A stretch of DNA of 64,000 nucleotides from a virus. Positions 1-11,300 of this stretch are shown here, in pieces; the first letter of the stretch is position 1; the number at the start of each line of letters is the position of its first letter. Below the pieces are notes generated by a model, which saw only the letters and a program-made list of their open reading frames with translations, ran no database searches and had not been told where the DNA came from. Made by a program: the position numbers and the translations under genes. Location of the stretch: IMG/VR virus record IMGVR_UViG_3300034071_001262. One strand, written 5' to 3'.

Positions 1-2747
1 GGTTCTCCTATTTCGTCATAAATAAGATTTATTGCTTGCACTTCGGAGTCTTCTGGATTTGGCTGTGGATGGGTTTGAGTAACTGTTACACTATTGCCCT
101 TTTTCCATGAACTATTGAAAGTACCAAATCTAGTAGATGGTTCATTATCGGCAGATATTAAATAATACTCATCATCTATTTTTGTAAAACTACACCAATG
201 CTGTTTAGTACCATCAATGCCTACTTCATTAAAAATTTTATTTAGCACAGTATAATCTGGTCCATCATCGCCCGGCTCTGGATATACCTGTGTTACTTCC
301 TTTTCTTCATTTATTCTCCATTTGTCACCAAAATATCCTATTCTTAATTCAGAACCAGTTTCTTCTGCTGCGACTAATAAATATTTATCTGATTCACCTT
401 GACCCAAATCATCTCCATGAGCGGGGGCTAGTCTAACAAAATGACAATAATTTGGTGTATTATTTCCAGAGGAACCAAGTTTTTCATAGATCAAATTTTC
501 AACATTGAATTCGGTATTTCCACCGATCTGTCTAGGAGTGGTAACTGTAACTGTTTTAAATTCATTTTTTTTCCACTCACCAGTGAATGTGCCAAAATAA
601 TTTTCATTTCTTGGCTGTATAGAAATAAGATCATATCTATCATCTATTTTAGTAAAACAACAATAATTACGAACACCACCAAATTCTCCAGCCCTATCAA
701 AAACTCCATTTCTAACTTCTACTGGTTGTTGATCTTGTGGATCTGGTTGTGGATATAATTGAAAAACTGCTAATGTTTGCCCACGTTTAGCTTCCCCTGT
801 AAAATAACCAAAAAATATTTGATTAGTTTGTTGTTCAACAGAAACTAAATAATAAGTATCTTCTATTTTAGTAAATGAACATGTAGTTTGTTGGTTATTT
901 GGTTTATGGATATCTGATTCATAGAGTAGATTTCTAACGGTTACCTCTTCCTTGCCTTCTTCTGGATCTGGCTTAGTTTGTCTTACTGTTTTATCTTCAT
1001 TTAATTTCCACTTACCACTAAAGTAGCCAAAAAATAATGGCGATGATTCTTCTTCTGCTGCTACTAATAAATATCGATCCGGTTCAGTAAGTCCAAGATT
1101 GCTTCCGTATGCTGGTGCTAATTTTATGAAATAACAATATCTAGGTTTATCATCTTGTGACGATCCTATTGTGGTATAAATAAGATTTTCTACTTCATAT
1201 GTATCATTTGCAGCGTCCGGTCTTGGTACAACAACTTTAACAGATTTTTTTTCCGTTTTTTTCCACTCTCCGGTAAATGTACCAAAGTAATGTTGATTAC
1301 GCTGCTGTATAGATATTAACTCATACTTATCACCTATTTTAGTATATGAGCAATAATTTTTGATTCCATCTACTTCACCTGCGCGATCAAAAAGATTATT
1401 TTCAACAGTAACAGATCCATCCTCTGGATCTGGCTCTGGATATAACTGAAAGACTTCTAATGGCACACCACGTTTAGCATCGTTAGTAAAATAACCAATA
1501 TACATTTCGGGTTGCTGTTCAACTGATACTAAATAATATTCATCTTCTATCTTTGTAAAGGAACATGTTGTTTGTTCGTTTTCGGGTTTGTGTATATCCT
1601 TTTCAAAAAGTATATTTTTTACTTCTACTTCTTCTTTGCCCGGTTCTGGCTCTGGCTTGGTTTGTCTAACAGTTTTGGTATCGTTTAATTCCCATTTACC
1701 ACTAAAATATCCATAAAGCACTTCAGACGCTTTTTGTTCTACGGAAATAAGATAATATCTTTCTTGTTCTGGAACATATATAAAAGAACAAGTGGTACGT
1801 TCTTCTTTTACTCCAACGCTCTCAAATAAGTTATTATATACTTGAACTTCTTCTTTACCCTGTTCTGGTTCTGGAATTGTTTGTCTAACAGTTTTTAAAT
1901 CCAGCTTTTTCCAATCATCATCAAAATATCCAAAATAAACCACAAATTTACTTGTGGCCCATAGAAGCACCCACTCATAGTTAATTCTTGCACAAATTAC
2001 AAATATTTTTTCTTCTTCTATTTCTTTATCTGATATGGTTAGTTCAAAATTTTTATCTCTATTTATACATTGAATTTCTTCTCCTAAGTCGCTAGTAAGT
2101 TGACCATTAATCCTTCTTAGAACTTTTACTTTAAATGTGGTGCCTGCTAATACACCATTAGGAGGTCTAATTCTTTGTTGTAATACACCATATACTAATT
2201 GATATCCACCGGTCCATATTTGTCTTTCATCATCCCACATTACGTGTAATGGTCCTGTTTTCCATGATGATCTTTGATTAACAAGGCTAGGATTAAAATC
2301 TGTACCATTAGTCGTGGGAACGGGCATACCGGCAATATCATATCCCCATCCAGAAAGAATTAATGGAGATCTTAGCCCCTGTGTCTTAATTTGACTTATT
2401 GAAGATCTATTTGAATTTTTTTTGATATTGAAATCAACCGATGGAGCATGAACAACTAAATTATAGTCACAATTAGCTATAAAATTACTACCATTATCAC
2501 CAAATATAACCGGAAAATAAGGATTTAGTTCTAATATAGTTGGACCAACTGACTCATTATTAAACATTCCTTTTTCGAAACTTGGAGTTAGTGGTTGTGC
2601 AAAACCGGGACCGGGAGCAGAACTACCTTTGATAATATTGATTGGAGTAAATATCTGCTCCATAGAGCATCCAGCAGAATATTCTAAATTTTGAGCCATT
2701 ACATATGACCCAGCTTTTGCTGTTGATGAATTAATCTCTATTGGCAT
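1..2747 (-). CDS. Tail-associated repeat protein (partial, runs off left edge, >=915 aa)
   Basis: Not in the ORF track. ATG at 2747 overlaps the upstream TAA (TAATG). My hand translation stays open to base 1: MPIEINSSTAK...GLRSPLILSGWGYD...GPLHVMWD, then ~70-aa repeats (GYF.G.WK...KTV.Q..P.P...V.N.L[FY]...C.FTKI.D.YYL.S.E). Confidence 0.8.
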   Translation of the reverse strand, partial: MPIEINSSTAKAGSYVMAQNLEYSAGCSMEQIFTPINIIKGSSAPGPGFAQPLTPSFEKGMFNNESVGPTILELNPYFPVIFGDNGSNFIANCDYNLVVHAPSVDFNIKKNSNRSSISQIKTQGLRSPLILSGWGYDIAGMPVPTTNGTDFNPSLVNQRSSWKTGPLHVMWDDERQIWTGGYQLVYGVLQQRIRPPNGVLAGTTFKVKVLRRINGQLTSDLGEEIQCINRDKNFELTISDKEIEEEKIFVICARINYEWVLLWATSKFVVYFGYFDDDWKKLDLKTVRQTIPEPEQGKEEVQVYNNLFESVGVKEERTTCSFIYVPEQERYYLISVEQKASEVLYGYFSGKWELNDTKTVRQTKPEPEPGKEEVEVKNILFEKDIHKPENEQTTCSFTKIEDEYYLVSVEQQPEMYIGYFTNDAKRGVPLEVFQLYPEPDPEDGSVTVENNLFDRAGEVDGIKNYCSYTKIGDKYELISIQQRNQHYFGTFTGEWKKTEKKSVKVVVPRPDAANDTYEVENLIYTTIGSSQDDKPRYCYFIKLAPAYGSNLGLTEPDRYLLVAAEEESSPLFFGYFSGKWKLNEDKTVRQTKPDPEEGKEEVTVRNLLYESDIHKPNNQQTTCSFTKIEDTYYLVSVEQQTNQIFFGYFTGEAKRGQTLAVFQLYPQPDPQDQQPVEVRNGVFDRAGEFGGVRNYCCFTKIDDRYDLISIQPRNENYFGTFTGEWKKNEFKTVTVTTPRQIGGNTEFNVENLIYEKLGSSGNNTPNYCHFVRLAPAHGDDLGQGESDKYLLVAAEETGSELRIGYFGDKWRINEEKEVTQVYPEPGDDGPDYTVLNKIFNEVGIDGTKQHWCSFTKIDDEYYLISADNEPSTRFGTFNSSWKKGNSVTVTQTHPQPNPEDSEVQAINLIYDEIGE

Positions 2748-5089
2748 TATATTCCTCCAAGCGTTTCATTCATGTAGCTGTGAATCATAACTGGAGATTC
2801 TGATTGTGCATTATCTCTGTTCTTAAAAGAATCCCCCAGTTCTGATTTTTCAAACTTTATTTTAGGTAATGGTCTTTTTTCTATTTGTGATCTATTGCGC
2901 TGAGATAAAGCTAAATTACCCTTATATATTTTAGCAATTCTATCAATATTTGCACTAGAAATTCTACCAAATTGACTAGTCCAACTACTGAATTTATATG
3001 TCACAGTTTCTCCACCGGGATCGGCCTTAATATCTATGCCAGAAATATATGCACTACCAGCTATTTGATCTGCAAGATTAAAAGTTGGCCGACCAACCAC
3101 TTGCACACTACCAGTTTCTAATGGTACTGCTTGACTTGTTCCAGTTGTGGCTTTAGCAAAACCAACTAAATCCAAAGTATCGTAACCACCAAATGTTTCT
3201 GGTTTTAATGACTCATCCATTACTATTTCCGACTTGCCCACTGCTCCACCTTCCCAAGCCCACCACGGACCCCAAGAATAAATATTACTTTGTTGTGGTA
3301 TGCCAATTAAAGTTGGATGCGCCATAGCTGGAGGAATAGACATATGTAAGTTGTTTCCTCCAGATGTCAAATATGAGTTTGGATTTAGCCATACCCCAAA
3401 AAATTTATATACTAATACTCCTATACCAAAATCAGCAGTAGTTAATCCATCATAATATGGCACTTGAGCGCCAGACTTGACTATAACATATGGATATCCA
3501 CCAATATAATATAATTCTTTTTCTGGCCCACCTTTTGTAGTAGCTATACCACCATCAAGAGATGATGCCCATTCTCCACCAAAACCGCTATAATCATATA
3601 AAGAATTTTGAGGCCATTCAGATACGCCCCTTAATCTTCCTTCTCCATCATAAAAAGCAATATCATTATATGGCACATCTGGATGAAAAGCGCTATCAAC
3701 TATATCCCAAGCGGCTTCATACTGTATATCATCCTGTATATATCTAATTTGTTGATCTAATCTTAAGGGCATAAGAAACATTTGACCATAAAAATTACTT
3801 GCTACTTTGCTAACAGCAGCAAATATTAAATCAGATTGTTCTTGTAAATCTCTAAGTAATCTTTTTTGGGTCGAAGATAAACTTGTTGGTTCAGCGTCAG
3901 AAGAAACAAATCGATTGCCTCTCATTAAGTTAACTATTTGGGCTGTGACTTCTGCCTTACCTATCCAAGGAGCAGATGAAACGGTGTTGTACCCATTGCG
4001 CTCTCTGCCGGAGATAGTTTCAAACATTTTGAATGTTTCCCAAGTCTCTTTGCCCCCTGTAGCCATTCTCAATTCAAATAAAGTTGCCATATAACCAGCC
4101 TCTCCACTGTATTCATCTAATGCTATTGGTATTGGAAAATCTGGATTACCATAGGCTGTTGGAGTAGTGACACCGGGAGTATATATATATTGTCCATTAG
4201 ACAACTTTCCCCATAATGGTATACTATTATACATATCATGTGGCACCCATCTAGAAACTGGGCCACCTATTACTAACTTCTGTGTAACTGGTAGTGCAAA
4301 TTCTTCACCTACATCACCAGACACAAGATTGGTGGCGTTTAAAACTAAGTCTGCTACTTCGCCACGACCAGAACTAGTAGATCTATTAATAGTTCTAAGA
4401 CGGATTTGTGGCTTAGAAATCACATTATTGGCACCAGTTCCAAGTAATTCTACAAAATAATCTAAACCGGCCGCTTCACAGCACTCAGTTATAATAGATG
4501 CTAAACTTTGTACTGGCCCTTTTATTCTATAGTTTACACCATCAAATGCACTTATTATTTGAGATATATCTAATCCATAAGAATAAGATCCAAATACTGC
4601 TTTATTCCTATTCATTAATTCTTGCAAAGTAGTTAACAAGCTATATGCTGGAAATCCAGAACTATTAACATAAGAATTACCAAATCCATTTCTAGACTCT
4701 ACTTCACCATAAACATTGTATACGTTGCGTATTTGATCAGTAAATAATTTACCATCTTCTGGTGCATATCTATTATTGGCCCCAACTACTCGGCCATTAA
4801 AGTCATCTAATATTACTTGAATACCATCTAGTAATTTTGCTGGAGACTCTATAATAACATCATAAAAACGACCAGAAATACTGCCTCTATATGTATATCT
4901 TTGAAATATTCCTCCAAAATAAAATGCACCATGTTGTATAAATACAGGTGTTCCCACTTCAGGTAAAGAAATAAAAATATGATTATCTGGATCTTCTACT
5001 ACTGTCATTTGACATGAACCACCCTCGCCGCCCCAAGCGACTGAAGAGCTTATCTCGCTAACTAATGCACCAAACATTGTTATAGCCAT
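2747..5089 (-). CDS. Putative tail tip / baseplate hub protein
   Basis: 780-aa ORF downstream of the tape measure in the tail module; function inferred from position. Confidence 0.55.
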   Translation of the reverse strand: MAITMFGALVSEISSSVAWGGEGGSCQMTVVEDPDNHIFISLPEVGTPVFIQHGAFYFGGIFQRYTYRGSISGRFYDVIIESPAKLLDGIQVILDDFNGRVVGANNRYAPEDGKLFTDQIRNVYNVYGEVESRNGFGNSYVNSSGFPAYSLLTTLQELMNRNKAVFGSYSYGLDISQIISAFDGVNYRIKGPVQSLASIITECCEAAGLDYFVELLGTGANNVISKPQIRLRTINRSTSSGRGEVADLVLNATNLVSGDVGEEFALPVTQKLVIGGPVSRWVPHDMYNSIPLWGKLSNGQYIYTPGVTTPTAYGNPDFPIPIALDEYSGEAGYMATLFELRMATGGKETWETFKMFETISGRERNGYNTVSSAPWIGKAEVTAQIVNLMRGNRFVSSDAEPTSLSSTQKRLLRDLQEQSDLIFAAVSKVASNFYGQMFLMPLRLDQQIRYIQDDIQYEAAWDIVDSAFHPDVPYNDIAFYDGEGRLRGVSEWPQNSLYDYSGFGGEWASSLDGGIATTKGGPEKELYYIGGYPYVIVKSGAQVPYYDGLTTADFGIGVLVYKFFGVWLNPNSYLTSGGNNLHMSIPPAMAHPTLIGIPQQSNIYSWGPWWAWEGGAVGKSEIVMDESLKPETFGGYDTLDLVGFAKATTGTSQAVPLETGSVQVVGRPTFNLADQIAGSAYISGIDIKADPGGETVTYKFSSWTSQFGRISSANIDRIAKIYKGNLALSQRNRSQIEKRPLPKIKFEKSELGDSFKNRDNAQSESPVMIHSYMNETLGGI

Positions 5090-5090
5090 A

Positions 5091-6680
5091 TTAACTTGTC
5101 CATTCTATATTTATACTGTATGCTCCAGTTATTGGATTAAATGATTCAGAATTTGTAGAAATTAATCCAACACCACTTAAAAAACCTTTCACTGCTAATC
5201 TTCCATTTGCAAGAGTTCTTTTATTCGGTTTTAATATTATATCTATAGTCACATTTTTTTTCATCTCTTTACCGGTAGTAAATGTTTGAATAACTGGACC
5301 ATTTGGTCTACCAATAATTGGTATAATCGCCACTGGTTTTGCTTCTCCGTATGGATTGTCATATGTTTCTGTAATATTTTCAGATTGAACATAGTCTGGA
5401 TCACATAAAAATTTATCAGCAATATATGTAACAGACCAAGTAATAGTTCCATTGTTTCTATTATGACTTACACTAGTTTGTTGTTTATTATTTTTTACCT
5501 CATAAGCACTTGGTATTAGATTGCCACTTATTCCACTATTATCGTAAGCAGATTGTGCCAAGTTAAATGCCTTACTCATATTTTTATTAATAATATTTTT
5601 CGCATTTAAATATGCATTATTTTTTTTCTCAGTAATATTGTATGTATTTAATCCAGTAATTTCTCCACTAACTTCTATAGTTGGAGCATTTGAATTTTGA
5701 TTAAAATCCACACTAGATTGAAACGACTGTAAGCATGTACTACTATCTAATGCTAATATCCAAGTGTCTGTAACTGTACATGAGCCATTTGGTATATCTG
5801 TATTAGAATTTCTAGAATGATTGAATGTTCTATATCTTTGTTGATTGTTTAAATCTGGTACAATTTTTTCTGAACTACCTTCAGAATTCATTTTAATTGG
5901 TTGAAATTTTATATCATCATTTTCTATTGTGATCGAATTAATATGTTCATCAATTTTAGTATCTGTTTCTATTATATTTAAAATTCTCTTTTCGATCCAG
6001 TTTGATGCACTCCTCCAAGAATCTTTGGATAAAATGCCATTAACATATTTTTTAATTCCTGTAGCAGATAATGTTCTAGATATTGTATATGTTTTACATG
6101 CTTGATTTGATATATCATCGTATTCATAAGAGAATTGACCTTCATTAAGATCAAATGTCCATGATTCACCGACGCTTGACAATGAGTCTGTTGGCAAAGC
6201 ATGGTCATTAAAATTATATGCCTCAAATGTAAAAGAATATTCTGTATAATGCAAACCAGAAGATTCTTCTGTCGCTTCTGGAATTTCTATATTGGTTAGT
6301 CTAGCATCATGAAATTGTAAAACATTATCAGTACCATCATATAATTCAATATCTAATGTACCCAATCCAGACATAGGCCATTTACTTCTATTAGATTGTA
6401 ACTTAATTACTTGTTCGCCTATAATCTTTGATTGTCTGCCTCCCTTTACTAATATATCTGTAGCATCACTGGGTTTCATAGTGGCATATCCAGTGATATT
6501 AATGGTGTATTTTGAATTCAAATATGATCCATCATCGGCAAAAATATCTTCTCTCGATATTGAATATGATGGAAATGGACCATATCCGCCAACCTCCATA
6601 GCACTAAAACTGGAATCTTTACCGCCTATCACTAATTCTTCATTAATATCTGGATGATGTGAATAAAATTTAATTGCCAT
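5091..6680 (-). CDS. Putative tail/baseplate protein (paralogue B)
   Basis: 529 aa; aligns by eye with 6690-8351 at both ends (GPFPSYSISREDIF...; ...ESFNPITGAYS). Confidence 0.55.
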   Translation of the reverse strand: MAIKFYSHHPDINEELVIGGKDSSFSAMEVGGYGPFPSYSISREDIFADDGSYLNSKYTINITGYATMKPSDATDILVKGGRQSKIIGEQVIKLQSNRSKWPMSGLGTLDIELYDGTDNVLQFHDARLTNIEIPEATEESSGLHYTEYSFTFEAYNFNDHALPTDSLSSVGESWTFDLNEGQFSYEYDDISNQACKTYTISRTLSATGIKKYVNGILSKDSWRSASNWIEKRILNIIETDTKIDEHINSITIENDDIKFQPIKMNSEGSSEKIVPDLNNQQRYRTFNHSRNSNTDIPNGSCTVTDTWILALDSSTCLQSFQSSVDFNQNSNAPTIEVSGEITGLNTYNITEKKNNAYLNAKNIINKNMSKAFNLAQSAYDNSGISGNLIPSAYEVKNNKQQTSVSHNRNNGTITWSVTYIADKFLCDPDYVQSENITETYDNPYGEAKPVAIIPIIGRPNGPVIQTFTTGKEMKKNVTIDIILKPNKRTLANGRLAVKGFLSGVGLISTNSESFNPITGAYSINIEWTS

Positions 6681-6689
6681 CTTGTATTC

Positions 6690-8351
6690 CTAAATATAGG
6701 TTTTTTCCAGTGTAAAATTATATGCACCAGTTTTTGGATTCCAAGATTCTGTAGATGCTGTTATCGTTGGAGGACTATTGCTAAGTTGTGTAATTGATGG
6801 CTCATCATACGCTGTTCTACCATCTGGTTTGTTTGCCCTGCTATTAAAATCCATTACTAAATCAACAGACACACTCCATTTGCGTTCTATGGTTGTATTT
6901 GGATTATAGATAAATGGACCGCCACTTACAATTTGTATCACGGATGGTGAATCATGATAACGCTCCCCCGCATCTCCTCCCCAATCATTTTGAAACGTAA
7001 ATTGTACATTTTTAGAAATTGCACCAGTAATTGTTTCAGCATCACTAAATGATAAATTCCAACTAATTACTCCATTAACTTTATCATGAGTAACTTGAAA
7101 AGATATTGGCTGAGTTTGTAATGTGCCTGTTTGAGTGCCAGCTGCATTAAAATCCCCATATTTCTCTTCTAGAAATTGACCAACCTTGCTTTGAAGAATA
7201 TTTCCAATTTGATCTGCAAGTATAGAATTATATTCTGATAGTGCATTATCATACTTATCACTATTTTGTATATTAGTGCTAGCAACCTCACTAAGACCAA
7301 CAATAGTTCCATTGGCATTAACAGTTACATTAATATCATCAATAGAATTATCTATACTGACACTAATATCAGAAATAGCTTTAATATTATCTAAGGATAC
7401 TAACCAAGTATCAGTAACAGAATAAGAACCAGCACCTATATCACTACTAACAGATCTGATATGATTTCTAGCTTTATATCCGCTTAAATCAAAAAAGGAT
7501 GTATTATTGTTTTCATTCATATAGAATGCATTAAATTGATTTATTATTGCATCTGATTTATTATTATCAAATATATCTCTAGTAATTGTTTTGTTTGGAT
7601 CTAGATCGTTGGTTAATGTTCTATCTAGTCTTTCTTTTACCCATAAAACAGCTTGACGCCAAGCATATCCATTATTTTTATCTAGATCATTACCATCATA
7701 TTTTGTAACACCAACAGCGCTCAAAGTATGAGTTAGCGTGTAAGTTGTATGCTGGTCATCTCCAATAAAATTTCTACCAAAAAATGCTACTTCACTACTA
7801 TTTGGAGATAATTCCCAAGTTTCTTCTGCCGATGTTAAACAGTATTCTGATTTAGCTGGCGATACCGGTGCATTAGAAGCACTTGATTGACTAGCATCTT
7901 CATATGCTTCAAAAACAAAATTATATTCTAGATATTGTGTGCCAGCACTTTCCTCATTTTGAACTGGTAATTCTATTGAAATTATTTTGGCATCATTAAA
8001 AATTAGACCACCAGATAAACCACCATATGGAGTAATTTGTAGTTTGCCATATCCCATCATTGGTGAATTCTTATTTGACAATAACAATTTTACCGCTTCA
8101 CCAGCTAAACTAGCTTGACGCGATCCTTTGGTTTGTAAATCTGACTTGCTATAAGATGCTAATGTGGCTGTTCCGGTAATATTGATATTGAATTTTGTAT
8201 TCATATATGTTCCATCACCAGTGAATAAATCTTCACGGGATATGGAATATTGTGGCATTGGGCCAATTACACCAGTTGATGCACCACCTAAAGCGGATTG
8301 TCCACCTATCAATATTGTTTGATTTGTATCATGCGATATAAATGTAATCAT
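6690..8351 (-). CDS. Putative tail/baseplate protein (paralogue A)
   Basis: 553 aa; GPMPQYSISREDLF...; ...ESWNPKTGAYN. Confidence 0.55.
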   Translation of the reverse strand: MITFISHDTNQTILIGGQSALGGASTGVIGPMPQYSISREDLFTGDGTYMNTKFNINITGTATLASYSKSDLQTKGSRQASLAGEAVKLLLSNKNSPMMGYGKLQITPYGGLSGGLIFNDAKIISIELPVQNEESAGTQYLEYNFVFEAYEDASQSSASNAPVSPAKSEYCLTSAEETWELSPNSSEVAFFGRNFIGDDQHTTYTLTHTLSAVGVTKYDGNDLDKNNGYAWRQAVLWVKERLDRTLTNDLDPNKTITRDIFDNNKSDAIINQFNAFYMNENNNTSFFDLSGYKARNHIRSVSSDIGAGSYSVTDTWLVSLDNIKAISDISVSIDNSIDDINVTVNANGTIVGLSEVASTNIQNSDKYDNALSEYNSILADQIGNILQSKVGQFLEEKYGDFNAAGTQTGTLQTQPISFQVTHDKVNGVISWNLSFSDAETITGAISKNVQFTFQNDWGGDAGERYHDSPSVIQIVSGGPFIYNPNTTIERKWSVSVDLVMDFNSRANKPDGRTAYDEPSITQLSNSPPTITASTESWNPKTGAYNFTLEKTYI

Positions 8352-8354
8352 ATA

Positions 8355-11300
8355 TTACTCTAAATAACCTCTAGTAGTTAGTGTGGTCAGATTGCTTTGT
8401 GGTTGTTCAATGTATAACGAAAAAGTTCCAGTAGATGGTGTTGGTCCTAATACACACAAATCAGTAGATCCACTACCATAAAATGCTCCACTAATTGCTG
8501 TAGTAATTGTAGAAGTTGGATTTAAATCCTTAATAAATAGTCCTAGCGCATTAGCAGTTGGTCTTTCCATATAAAGCGACATACCACTAGCATTCGCAAT
8601 ACTGCCAACAACATTTAGTGTTTGATATTTTTCAGAGGCAAAAAATGAGCCTGCATCATTGTTACCAGTAATTGTTGTTATTAAATATCCAGAATGTATG
8701 TATGCGCCATCTTCTGAGATTTCTGGAATTGGTGCAGAAATAAATATGGTGGCATCTGTGTTTAAGTATTCACGATCTGGACCGTTTATATATAACGAAT
8801 GAGAATCAAATGTGTCATAAACAGACGATGGTCTAGCGTTGATGTGCAGAGTATTGCCTACTGCCTTATATTCAGATCCAGAGGAAACTACAAAACTGTC
8901 AATAAATATTGATGTTGCATTATTGGCGTATGCGTCTTTGCCAATAAATAGTGGTGTTGTTCTATATATGTCGCCAAGTATAGCGCCGCTAGTACTAAAG
9001 AACATGCCGCTATTATTAATTATATCATATCCAACAATAACTGTATTTATACCAGTGGCTCTATTGATATGCCCGGTTACAATTAAACTAGCTGAATTAT
9101 TGTCCATAAATATTCCACTAGTTGTTAGTGTTGTATTTATGGTTGCGTTAGTATATCCTCTAGTATACAATTTAGCTGTATTAGTGCGTATATTTTGTCC
9201 ATAAGTATTTAAATTAATACCAGACGCGCTATTAATTGCTGATGATGTCCATAATGTAGTATTGATGTTATATATATCTTTACCAGTAATATTGGTTGTA
9301 AATTCATCAGAATTAATTTGTATTTGCGAACTAATATATAGGGTGGTTGCGTTGTCGTTGACATATTCTATATGTAATGGCATATCGCCCAAGCCAAAAT
9401 TACTAGCAGCTACTAAACTTAATCCACTAGATATAATTTCTTTACCATAAATGCTAGTTAATAAAGTATCATTTAGTATCTCATGTGATAGTGTTTGTAA
9501 TGTTAAAGTGTTGTTTTTTGCCGGTGGACCGCCAATAAATAATGTAAATCCAATTGGCTGAACATCCATTATAAATACTTTTTGTAAATCAAATGTGAAA
9601 TTAGAATTATCGCTACGTGTTCTAAATTCTCTTACTAGGCCCAGCTTTCTAGTTGAATTACCAAAATTTAGCCTCTTCATAGATAATACATGCTGAGATC
9701 TGGTTGTTATTGATGGGTTGATCAATACTGGATCATATGGTTTAGTTTCGTTTTCTATGTTGGCTCTAGCTTCATTAAGAGTAGTATATTCTGATTGAGT
9801 ATAAGCTAAACTAGCAACTAATGTTGAGCCATTTGACAAATTATGTATCAATCCATTGCCAGCAGAAGAATTGGAAAAAGTTATCGGTGTATTTTTATCT
9901 ATAAGTACTATATATGAGCCAAAATTATTTTGACTATTTAATGTATAACCAAGCGGCAAAGAAATATCATTAATAGAATACTGATCTAATAGAGCGATAT
10001 TAGAGCCTTCAATATTAAATAAATAAACTTTTCCACCATTAATCTCATTAGAGCCAGAGCCACCGGGTTCAGATATCGCGGTATTACCATCCATGTAATC
10101 AAAATCAAAACCAAATAAGCAATATTCTTTATCTTCGATTCCCGAACTAGTATAGTTATTTAGATTTGCTATCACATTGGAAGATGTATTGCCTTTACCA
10201 TACATGGCACCAACATAATTCCAAGTAGAAGATCCAGTTGGAAGACGATATATATAAACTGCACCAATCGCATTTGGATTATGTGGTTGTGTTAATGTAT
10301 TAAATACAAATGGGTCAAATAATTGTGCGCCAATCAACATAATATGACTGTCAGAACGATATTCATTATATATCTTTAATGGAATACCAAAACCAGCTTT
10401 CTTTCTAGAATCAGAAATATATGGTGAATTATTTGTATTTGTATAATATTGAACATCTGGATGTTCTGCATAATCTATAACTACTTGTAATGAACTATAA
10501 TTTTCGCTAGCTAACAATCTACAAATTTGCCCCCATTGTCCATTATGTCTTTCGAAATATAAATCATCTTGACAGAATGCAAGATTGTATGCTGCGGAAT
10601 ATTTGCTTTGATCGTTTCCACTTTCTTGTAGAATATAATAATGATAATGATCTACATAATAAGTTGTTTGACCTACAAATGATGTAACATTAGATGTTCC
10701 TGTCTGTAAATCAGACAGTTTGAATAATATAATTACATTGAACGTTTTTGTTTCATTCGTGGTTCCAACACTATAATACAGTCTTACTCGTAAAGAAATT
10801 GCACAAGTATTAAAATCAGAAATCTTCAAATCGTTAACGACTATAGAAGATAAAGAATCATCAATGTTAGAATTAGAAAACACACCAGAGAAATATGACT
10901 TTAATTGTCTTCTAATAGTAACAAATGAATCACCAAATGGTAAATCAGTTATACCATTTTTACCATATAATGAATCTGATGCTTCCGATGTGCCGGGAAC
11001 AACTTTTGCCAAGCCCATGCTAATTTTAGATATAAATTGTACATTCTTGTTATCTACTATTTTATAGATATCTATATCTGCGATATCTTCATTTTTACTT
11101 CCGAGAACAAAATATCTGCCATTAGAATCATATATATCGCGTTTTAATAAGTGATTCAACTGCCCAAAATTTGTTATAGATTCGTCACGATAAAATGCTC
11201 TTGTTGCATTATTATCAACATCACTGATCTGTGTAATGTATGCCGCATTATTACTTTCTAGTAACTTATTTTGTGAACCGAGATATACATTTGTCGCAGA

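Noticed and set aside
441-758. Plus-strand ORF, and other plus-strand ORFs across 1-51 kb
   Set aside because: Antisense shadows of long minus-strand genes
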